This document shows, piece after piece, positions 16,816 to 24,000 of a DNA stretch of 24,000 nt (position 1 is its first letter; every line of letters begins with the position of its first letter). The notes under the pieces were generated by a model. That model was not told the DNA's origin and did not search any database. It saw nothing but the letters and a program-made list of their open reading frames with translations. The stretch spans positions 1,394,784 to 1,418,783 of the forward strand of contig NZ_JQIV01000006.1 in NCBI RefSeq assembly GCF_000746825.1, read 5' to 3'. Source of the DNA: Carnobacterium inhibens subsp. inhibens DSM 13024. GTDB taxonomy: Bacteria; Bacillota; Bacilli; Lactobacillales; Carnobacteriaceae. The translations under genes were made by a program, and so were the position numbers.

Positions 16816-16844
16816 ATTATTCCAGAAAATAGTTTCTCTGTCAA
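16816..16844 (-). promoter_or_regulatory. Candidate sigma-A promoter of the codBA leader
   Basis: The minus strand reads TTGACA (16844-16839) - 17 nt - AATAAT (16821-16816). Confidence 0.5.
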
Positions 16845-17145
16845 CTAGAAAATTCCCCACTAAGATGTCTAAATGTAATGAACTGTATACAATTAAGACA
16901 AAAGAGCAGATACGACAACCGTTCCCTACAGGAACAATGTAGTGAAAAGACTTTTAACAAAAAGATAGAGCGAGAAATGTGTGCCCCTCTTCCTTGAATA
17001 AACGAAGATGATAATTGATGCGTTAGAAGATTTGGGACTAAACGCTTTTCGTCCCTTTCGCATAGAACACTTTACTTGACATGTCTACAAGCACCTCCTA
17101 TTCCTCCGAAAATTTCAACTAAGCTAGTTAACTATTCTATCAACA

Positions 17146-17721
17146 TTAAAAATTATACAACTTTTCTTTTTCCCAGTCTGCTTTAAAGATAGAGTAAGTT
17201 GCTATATCACAAAGGTTTCCCTCGTTATCTTTTGCTCCTTCTCTTTTAATTCCCTCTAAACTCATTCCAACCTTTTTCATAACTTTTCCAGAACCTGAAT
17301 TTTCAGTATGGTGACTGGCTTCTATTCTATTAAATCCAACACGCTCAAACAAAAAGTTTTTTACAGCAGTAAATGCTTCAGTCATAATTCCTTGATTCCA
17401 ATAGTTCTTAAACATGCAATATCCAAACACTGCACATTCAATGTCACTATTTATATCGACGACATCGATAGTTCCTATTACTTGTTGGTTGTCTTTTAAT
17501 TCTCTACACCAACGATAGCAATCCTCTTGTTCCAATTCTTTTTCCCAACTTGAGATGGCGTTTTTTGTATCTTCGATTCTTTTATGCGGCTTCCATGTTA
17601 AATATTTTGTTACTTCCTCATCACTTGCTCAGTTATGATACATATCTTCCGCATTTTCTATCGTAATCCTTTTCAAGACTAAACGATCTGTTTCTATTTG
17701 TTGTGTCCCTATGTTTTTCAT
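17146..17721 (-). pseudogene. GNAT-family (RimJ/RimL-like) N-acetyltransferase interrupted by an in-frame TGA
   Basis: ATG 17721 (SD GGGGGAGA) opens MKNIGTQQIETDRLVLKRITIENAEDMYHN. TGA follows at 17631-17629. The same frame then continues ASDEEVTKYLTWKPH... into the 129-aa track ORF. The stop sits where the family's conserved NWASD Trp is expected, consistent with TGG to TGA. Confidence 0.7.
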
Positions 17722-17870
17722 ATAATCATTCTCCCCCAGCATAATTTTTCTTTATACACATAATACCTGATATATTTATACTCTTCACTATTCTCATTAG
17801 AAAAATAAAGCTTTAGACTCATGATTTATGCTTGCGGCTGCAGTGAATTGAAATAGTTTGCTTACAAATG

Positions 17871-17910
17871 TAAAAAAAAAGAGAACTGCTATATATAAGC
17901 AATTCTCTCT
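17871..17910 (-). terminator. Intrinsic terminator after the GGDEF gene
   Basis: Stem AGAGAACTGC / GCAATTCTCT with one mismatch, followed on the minus strand by a U9 tract (complement of 17872-17880). Confidence 0.65.
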
Positions 17911-18020
17911 GGATAATATAGAAATGGGCTCTTAGTTTTTTTGAAAATAGCCAATCAGAAAACAATATTATTTTCCAATAAGTTATTCTTTCTGTGGATG
18001 GAAATAAATTTACTTATAAT

Positions 18021-19118
18021 CTACTCATTTTCCATTGTTGCTCCAATTACTTTGTTTCTCCCTTGATCTTTAGCCATGTATAAACAACGATCGGCTAGTC
18101 GAAAGAGTTTCTTCATATCTTTTTTTTGAGTAGAGGCAGCCAAACCAATCGATACAGTTATATAAATACCAGCTCCATTTTCTAATAAGAATTCTTTACT
18201 TGCTACACTAGCTCTGATTTTTTCAGCAGTCTTTTTTTTTTCAACATATGGCAGGTTGTTTAAAATTATACAGAATTCTTCTCCGCCAACACGATAGATC
18301 AGCTCATTGTCAGGAGCTCCAACTTGCAGGATTACTGCTAACTGTCGCAAGATAAAGTTTCCATTCGCATGTCCATAAGTATCATTGATCCATTTAAAAT
18401 GATCAATATCCAACATCATAAAAGCAGTCGTAGCAATTGATTTATCCGCTTGAATCGTTTGCCATTTTTTATTAAATACTCTCATGTTGTACAATCCTGT
18501 CAAGTAATCCATTTGTGCTTGTTCTTGAATCTCTAAATACAAATGAAGGTTCTTTATCAAGTCTTCTACAAAAGCGGTCACTATAATCACTACAATGCTT
18601 GAAAGAATAAATAAACTAAAACAAATGAGGCTGCTCAGTAAAATATCATCATAAAAAAAGAATAAATTCAGAGTAATAGCTGAAACACAAACGACATTAA
18701 GCCATGATAAAACAGCGAATTGATTAAATCGTTTCGTTAACTTACTACAGATATACGGCAATAAAAGACCCAACACAACATACATAAGTGCGATTCGAAT
18801 CGAAACAGGATTGACTCCCAATAATAAACGCAATACTGAAATCAAAAAAGCTGTTGGAATAGAAACTGTAGGTCCAAAATAGTAAACCAACAAAATTAAA
18901 ATAATATGTCTAAAATCTATTATCGCTTCTTTAGGCAAGTTAACCGAAAAAAGCATTAAAATAAAATTTGTCATACTAGCTATTCCAATCATTATCAACT
19001 TTTTCTGCAGGTTAAGTGTATATTTTTTTTCTTTTGGAATCAATTTAACAAATATATAAGATGCTGTACAGAGAATCGAAATATTGGCAATAACACTCAA
19101 GAAAACAGATGACAGCAT
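18021..19118 (-). CDS. Membrane-anchored diguanylate cyclase (about 6-7 TM N-terminal domain plus GGDEF)
   Basis: GGDEF domain with LDIDHFKWINDTYGHANGN and an intact active site RVGGEEF (GGEEF at 18273-18287). There is no RxxD I-site five residues upstream (PDNE instead). SD AAGGAG lies before ATG 19118. Confidence 0.88.
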   Translation of the reverse strand: MLSSVFLSVIANISILCTASYIFVKLIPKEKKYTLNLQKKLIMIGIASMTNFILMLFSVNLPKEAIIDFRHIILILLVYYFGPTVSIPTAFLISVLRLLLGVNPVSIRIALMYVVLGLLLPYICSKLTKRFNQFAVLSWLNVVCVSAITLNLFFFYDDILLSSLICFSLFILSSIVVIIVTAFVEDLIKNLHLYLEIQEQAQMDYLTGLYNMRVFNKKWQTIQADKSIATTAFMMLDIDHFKWINDTYGHANGNFILRQLAVILQVGAPDNELIYRVGGEEFCIILNNLPYVEKKKTAEKIRASVASKEFLLENGAGIYITVSIGLAASTQKKDMKKLFRLADRCLYMAKDQGRNKVIGATMENE

Positions 19119-19180
19119 AAAAAAACTCCTTCCATCAGCCAGTCACAGAGAATAATAAAGTAAAGAAATTCAGTAATTAC

Positions 19181-19903
19181 TTAACAACACTTTTTTATAT
19201 TTTTTGAAGGTTTTCCAAAATAGTAACCTTGCTGGATCAAAATTCCTTGTTCTTTCAATTCATCACTTGTTACTTGATCTTCAATACCTTCCACGATAAA
19301 AACGAGATGATAGTCTTCAGAAAATTGTTGCCACGCATTCAAGAAAAGATGCAAGGTTTCTTCATTTAAATCTTTTTTAGCACATTTTACAATTGAAAAT
19401 TTAATCTGATCTAGATAAGGAACATATTTTAAGACCTCATCTAAAGAATTCATACCTGAACCAACATCGTCCAATGCAATACAATAACCTTTTGCCTTGA
19501 TTGATGCAAAAATAGAGTGGAATTTCTTATCAAACGTTAAAGAATCAATAGGTTCAATTGAAGCAGCAAATAATGGGGCATCTTCTGTTATTTCGATGAT
19601 CAATTGTTTAGCATAGGACTGCATGTTAGTGAAAAAAATATGGGTCTCCGGGTAAAATAATTGTTTTGGTGCAAAATTAATAGAAAACTGGACTGTCGGA
19701 AACGACTTTAACAATTGCACCAGTTCTTCTTGAAACCATACTAAAAAGCTTTTGTGCTCTTCTTTATTATGAATAATGTTCTCCATTTTCACTGCTGGAT
19801 AATACGGATTTTGTTCTTTATTTCTTAATAAAATTTCATATCCAACAATTCGATTGTTTCGTACATCGAATTTAGGCTGGAAGTGAAGTTGAAATTCATC
19901 CAT
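19181..19903 (-). CDS. Stand-alone EAL-domain c-di-GMP phosphodiesterase
   Basis: 240 aa consisting of the EAL domain only. Motifs: GYEILLR (the EAL motif as EIL, 19823-19837), SINFAP (Asn), IIEITED, LDDVGSG, QIKFS (Lys), VEGIE, QQGYYFGKP. SD GGGGAGG lies before ATG 19903. Confidence 0.85.
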   Translation of the reverse strand: MDEFQLHFQPKFDVRNNRIVGYEILLRNKEQNPYYPAVKMENIIHNKEEHKSFLVWFQEELVQLLKSFPTVQFSINFAPKQLFYPETHIFFTNMQSYAKQLIIEITEDAPLFAASIEPIDSLTFDKKFHSIFASIKAKGYCIALDDVGSGMNSLDEVLKYVPYLDQIKFSIVKCAKKDLNEETLHLFLNAWQQFSEDYHLVFIVEGIEDQVTSDELKEQGILIQQGYYFGKPSKNIKKCC

Positions 19904-20048
19904 TTAAAGACCTCCCCTTACTACTACTTCAATCGGTCATTTACGTAAGAAAATAAGATGGCACTACGTTTTTCATGTGACTATTTAAAATAAAGAGTGT
20001 CTAAGGCAATAAATCACACTGAGTTCACAAAGAACAGTTAAATCTAAT

Positions 20049-21899
20049 CTATCTATTATTATAATTAGCAAGTAACTCCTCAGAACTATAAACCTGCTGC
20101 TTTATATTGATATTTAGAATTTTTTTAGCTAAGGCATTAAAAGTATAGTGTTCGTCAATTACTACTATATAATCATAATTGGATAAAGTGGATATAAATT
20201 CTTCATCTGAAATAATAAAGTTTTCAATTGCATCCACCTGATTTGAGTATAAGTAATATTTCCCCACATACTGAGTATAATAGCTATCAATGCTTTCTTT
20301 ATCTGCACTTACTATCAAATAACTAGCATTGTTCAAATCTTGGTTATCTCCAGTAATGTTTTTTATCAAATAAGGTATTTCATTCTCATAATTTTTATTA
20401 CTGAACATCATCCCATTGCTTTCTGACAAAATTAATCCTGTAGAAAAGAATAACAATAAAATCGAACTGTATTGATAATACTTTTTTGTTTTGATACTTT
20501 TATAAGACCTATGATTTCGCATAGCAATAGTTTGTTCATAGAGAAGAGAATCCATTTCTTGTACAAGAGTTATAGACAGAATCCCTAAAGAAAAAATAAC
20601 CATACTTGAAGCATATCTTTCAAACCCTGCTAATACTAAAGCTTCTTCTATAGGCATAGAAAATAAAAACATTCCTAGTATCCCTATATAATATAGAATA
20701 ACTATAGCATCCGTCAAAAATAGCATCTTGATCAAGCTATTCTTTCTCTTAAATCCTACTCTAATAATTAAATATGCCCCGATAAAGATTACATTTACGA
20801 ATATAATTCCTTGAGTAGATAAACTATGCCAATCTATAACAGTTGAAGTGAAAGTGTGTATAATCTGAGTGGTAATCTCGTTTGTTTTTTCTGCAAATAT
20901 GTCTTGATAAGAGCTAATATTCACACTATGTTTAGATACTTCTTCTGTAAATGTGTTTTTTACATGTACTTCCCATAATATAAACGTGGAAATAGAAAAC
21001 ATCACTGTTGAGCCAATTCCCACCACTAGGTGCATTATTTTAGATTGTTCTTTATTGAAATTTTTTATGCTGGTATACAAATAATAAAGCAGCACGATCA
21101 CAACAAAAAATAATCCGCTATTTTTAACAATAGCTAAAACGGATAATAACAGTATTGTATGAATCGAAGAAAGCAAAAAGTTTTTTCTCAACACATAAAT
21201 GCCTGAAACAGCCGCTAATGCTAACAGTGGCAATAGAAAATCAACTAATAAGTTATTCATCCTAATAGCTATATTAAAATAATTAAATAGTGCTATAGTC
21301 AAAAATAGACTACTTGTCATAAGCGTTCTAGAAGAATCTCGTATAACTGAAAATAGAGAATAGAGTGCAGCTATAATAAGCATAAACTGACCTAGCAACA
21401 TAACGCCTTCATGATAACCAACAATTAAGGTAACATAATAAACAAACAGAGAAGATCCAATAGGATAGGATGTAAAGCTAATAATCCCTGTTGCCGCTGT
21501 AGGTAATGAAGCTTCTGTAATAAGGTACTTGACGATTACAGCCCAATGAGAAAAATTGTCATAGTGAACAAGACTGGATTGCAATAGAATAACAGAAAAA
21601 ATCAAAAAATAACCGACCATCCATATTCTAGTCAAATCTAACGAAAAGAGCCTAATTTTACTATCATTTTTATGTCTAAATAGGTTCACACTAAAAAGAA
21701 GTAGGCCGATTAGAAACATAGCAATTGCAGTGCCAGATAAAAATCCTAGTAAAGAAGCAATATACAGAACGATTATATTTGCACAAAAGATAACAATTAA
21801 AGACAGCTTTGATGGATAGCCAAACTTTCTTTCAATGTAGATTCGATACCCATACGTTGACAAACAAAACAGAAAAAAACGTAATACTATAATGATCAT
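20049..21899 (-). CDS. Large polytopic membrane protein of unknown family (about 13-15 TM plus a C-terminal soluble domain of about 115 aa)
   Basis: ATG 21899 forms an ATGA overlap with the GT2-PilZ stop (TGA 21898-21896), with GGAG 9 nt upstream. The track start at 21914 is a TTG. Hydrophobic helices run throughout. The first long loop carries HYDNFSHW. The C-terminal segment (NKNYENEIPYL...EELLANYNNR) is hydrophilic. I recognise no family motif. Confidence 0.75.
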   Translation of the reverse strand: MIIIVLRFFLFCLSTYGYRIYIERKFGYPSKLSLIVIFCANIIVLYIASLLGFLSGTAIAMFLIGLLLFSVNLFRHKNDSKIRLFSLDLTRIWMVGYFLIFSVILLQSSLVHYDNFSHWAVIVKYLITEASLPTAATGIISFTSYPIGSSLFVYYVTLIVGYHEGVMLLGQFMLIIAALYSLFSVIRDSSRTLMTSSLFLTIALFNYFNIAIRMNNLLVDFLLPLLALAAVSGIYVLRKNFLLSSIHTILLLSVLAIVKNSGLFFVVIVLLYYLYTSIKNFNKEQSKIMHLVVGIGSTVMFSISTFILWEVHVKNTFTEEVSKHSVNISSYQDIFAEKTNEITTQIIHTFTSTVIDWHSLSTQGIIFVNVIFIGAYLIIRVGFKRKNSLIKMLFLTDAIVILYYIGILGMFLFSMPIEEALVLAGFERYASSMVIFSLGILSITLVQEMDSLLYEQTIAMRNHRSYKSIKTKKYYQYSSILLLFFSTGLILSESNGMMFSNKNYENEIPYLIKNITGDNQDLNNASYLIVSADKESIDSYYTQYVGKYYLYSNQVDAIENFIISDEEFISTLSNYDYIVVIDEHYTFNALAKKILNINIKQQVYSSEELLANYNNR

Positions 21900-24000
21900 C
21901 TTTTGTTTCTCCAATCCTTTAATAAGCTATGAAAAGCACTATCCTCAATTAGTTCATCTATATTCTCTACCAAATAAACATAATTCCCTGTACTTAAATC
22001 AGACTCAGATAACGTAAGTTTAAACAGTACGTTTTTATATAGAACATCCATTTGTTTCTGCATGATATCTACACTATCACTTTGTATAACCATTGTCTGA
22101 AAATCAAATTCTTTTAATACTACAGAAGTATTCTGAATTTCAATGCTTTCATGCAGGGTAATTATTGGAAATTTAGATAATTTTTTGGGAGCAGCTATTT
22201 TTTTAATTGAAAAATGGTGCATAAAATTGTCTATTAAACCATCTAAAGGTGTTAGCCACACATCATGCTTCTTAGGCAAATATTGATTACTTCGATCATA
22301 AACCAATTGAAAATAGGCTTGTTTATTAGCACGTTCCGGTTTTTCAATCCAAACGCCATATAGCCACCCATCAGATTGTTCCATCACTCTGGCAATTTTC
22401 CCTCTAACCTTTACACTATTTTTCTCTGTTTGTATGTCAAAATTGAGCCATTCATCAGGCGGGAAATAAATTGGTTCTTCAGAAAAGAATGACAGCCCTT
22501 CTTCTGATATGTTTGTCGTATAGAGCGAATAACTATGGTTTAAGCAAGTTATTGTCATCGCTTCTTTGGCATAAAACCTTTCAAATTTACGATAAATTGG
22601 CCGGCCTAGAGAGAATAAAACGGCATATGCAAGATTCACTATATGATGTAATAACCAGAACGTAATAACACTGCCATACAATAATTCCGAACCGTATTTT
22701 CCATAGTTAAATTTAACTAAACCGTAAAGTGAAAGGAGCAGCATTATTAGATGCGGAACTACAAATAACAATTCATATCGTGATTTGTTCACTGACTTTT
22801 TCGTAACCTTGAATTTTTTTTCTGTGATTCCAATAGACTCTAAAAATACAGGTATTACTAAATAAGGTGCAAAGATCGTTTCCTGTATCTCTCCCCAACG
22901 TTGCGATCTTATTTCGCCCGAGACGCTGGTCATAGCACTTTGTAATAAAAAATAACTAGGAAGCCAAAAACACATTAATATCCAAAAATCAGTATCAACT
23001 ACACGAATGTTGAATACAGTAAATAAAATTGGAGCAAATACATACAAAAGACGCCTAAAAAATGACCACCAATACAAATAACTATTTAGAAAAACCAATT
23101 TCTGATTCCATTTAAAATTAGGATTAGTTAATATACGTAAATTATAGATACTACGGATAACACCGCGTGCCCATCTTACACGCTGGTTCAAGACGCTTTG
23201 AAAATCAGTTGGGGTCAGCCCACTGGCCATTGGTTCAAGCGTTGAAATACTTCTATAGCCGCAACTATTTATTTTTGCCCCTAATTGAAAGTCTTCGGTA
23301 ATCGTATTGGTTGGAAAACCGCCAGCCTCTTCAATCGCTTGTCTTAGGATCAATGTATTTGAACCTGTGTATATAGCTGTATCATGTGCATTGTTTAATA
23401 CATTTACTTCTCTAGAAAAGAAATCTTGTTCATTAGCTATTGAATTTTCTGAGAATAAATTATATTGAAAAATATCGGCATTGTAAAAACTTTGAGGGGT
23501 TTGAATAAAACCAAGGTGTTTATGATTAGGGTCATCTTTAACCTTGAAATCTTCCATAAAATAAGGAACGGTTTCCATTAAAAATTTTGAATAAGGAATC
23601 ATATCAGCATCAAACGTTGCAACTAATGGGGAATTCGTCATACTTAATGCATTATTCAGATTTCCTGATTTCGCATGCTTATTATTTTCAAAACCTGCAT
23701 ATCCCACATTGAATTGTTTTGCCAATTCCTTAACTTCTTTTCTATTGGTATCATCAGATAAATAAATATGAATTTTTAAAGGATCAGGGTATTCCATGTG
23801 AACACAGGCATTAACCGTTTTGTATAATAAATCTACATCCTCATTGTGTGTTGCTATTATTACGTCTACATGCGGGTATTCTTCATTTTCCAGTACCGGT
23901 TTTTCCAATATTTTTTCTTTGCTCTTACTCCAAATCAAAATAAATGCCGTGAAATTTGAAACGACTTCACTCACCCAAAGTGCTATACCAAAAATAAGAG
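21896..24000 (-). CDS. BcsA-like processive family-2 glycosyltransferase with a C-terminal PilZ domain (5' end outside the window)
   Basis: The frame stays open upstream of the track's GVG... GTG 23974 (..LIFGIALW precedes it), so the N-terminus lies beyond 24000. Motifs, numbered on the track protein: HAKSGNLN 100-107, DAD 122-124, TED 226-228, QRVRW 264-268, then TM helices. PilZ motifs are RKFER (RxxxR, nt 22577-22591) and NISEEG (D/NxSxxG, nt 22496-22513). About 130 further residues follow the PilZ domain. Confidence 0.85.
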   Translation of the reverse strand, partial: LIFGIALWVSEVVSNFTAFILIWSKSKEKILEKPVLENEEYPHVDVIIATHNEDVDLLYKTVNACVHMEYPDPLKIHIYLSDDTNRKEVKELAKQFNVGYAGFENNKHAKSGNLNNALSMTNSPLVATFDADMIPYSKFLMETVPYFMEDFKVKDDPNHKHLGFIQTPQSFYNADIFQYNLFSENSIANEQDFFSREVNVLNNAHDTAIYTGSNTLILRQAIEEAGGFPTNTITEDFQLGAKINSCGYRSISTLEPMASGLTPTDFQSVLNQRVRWARGVIRSIYNLRILTNPNFKWNQKLVFLNSYLYWWSFFRRLLYVFAPILFTVFNIRVVDTDFWILMCFWLPSYFLLQSAMTSVSGEIRSQRWGEIQETIFAPYLVIPVFLESIGITEKKFKVTKKSVNKSRYELLFVVPHLIMLLLSLYGLVKFNYGKYGSELLYGSVITFWLLHHIVNLAYAVLFSLGRPIYRKFERFYAKEAMTITCLNHSYSLYTTNISEEGLSFFSEEPIYFPPDEWLNFDIQTEKNSVKVRGKIARVMEQSDGWLYGVWIEKPERANKQAYFQLVYDRSNQYLPKKHDVWLTPLDGLIDNFMHHFSIKKIAAPKKLSKFPIITLHESIEIQNTSVVLKEFDFQTMVIQSDSVDIMQKQMDVLYKNVLFKLTLSESDLSTGNYVYLVENIDELIEDSAFHSLLKDWRNKR

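Noticed and set aside
17308-17499. Track ORF 17308..17499(+)
   Set aside because: It is antisense within the GNAT pseudogene.
17629-17631. TGA read as Trp (genetic code 4) or as selenocysteine
   Set aside because: TGA terminates several well-supported genes here (4918, 8912, 21896). All other Trp codons I checked are TGG. No SECIS-like hairpin follows the codon.
19904-20048. c-di-GMP riboswitch (GEMM-I/II) in the gap before the EAL gene
   Set aside because: The sequence is AT-rich and lacks the conserved GEMM G/C-rich cores. Only weak local hairpins are present.
22471-22665. Track ORF 22471..22665(+)
   Set aside because: It is antisense within the PilZ-coding part of the synthase gene.
1-24000. 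CRISPR arrays, tRNA/rRNA genes, and intact prophage, integrase or defence-system genes
   Set aside because: I found no regularly spaced direct repeats, no tRNA-like T-arm or acceptor patterns, and no recognisable nuclease, helicase or methylase gene sets on reading both strands.

Overview
This is a 24-kb window from a low-GC Gram-positive genome. Gene content looks Lactobacillales-like (Enterococcus/Carnobacterium type), but the taxon cannot be fixed without a database search. I support 20 protein-coding genes (15 on the minus strand), one nonsense-mutated GNAT gene, one decayed IS3-family transposase remnant, several intrinsic terminators and a few cis-regulatory elements. I saw no rRNA, tRNA or CRISPR array.

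Gene order, left to right:
- 3' end of map
- dnk-nupC nucleoside salvage pair
- a translationally coupled VTC-domain / DUF4956 / Cthe_2159-like lipoprotein operon
- an orphan GH1 6-phospho-beta-glycosidase
- an OmpR-type two-component system
- a PadR-DUF2812 pair
- a 200-aa protein of unknown function
- an orphan squalene/phytoene-synthase-family gene
- a TRIC/UPF0126 channel
- the IS3 scar
- codBA behind a PyrR-type attenuator
- the GNAT pseudogene
- an AT-rich cluster at 18.0-24.0 kb

The 18.0-24.0 kb cluster is the most interesting locus. It encodes a membrane GGDEF diguanylate cyclase, a stand-alone EAL phosphodiesterase, an unassignable 616-aa polytopic membrane protein, and a BcsA-like GT2 synthase with a fused PilZ domain whose c-di-GMP-binding motifs are intact. 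That makes it a self-contained c-di-GMP-gated glycan synthesis module with a non-canonical partner.

Secondary candidates:
- the uncharacterised bacterial VTC/DUF4956/beta-helix lipoprotein operon, which has a perfect 11-bp tandem repeat replacing its -35
- a terminator-containing leader in front of dnk-nupC that matches no riboswitch I recognise

All family assignments are by-eye motif recognition. No searches were run.
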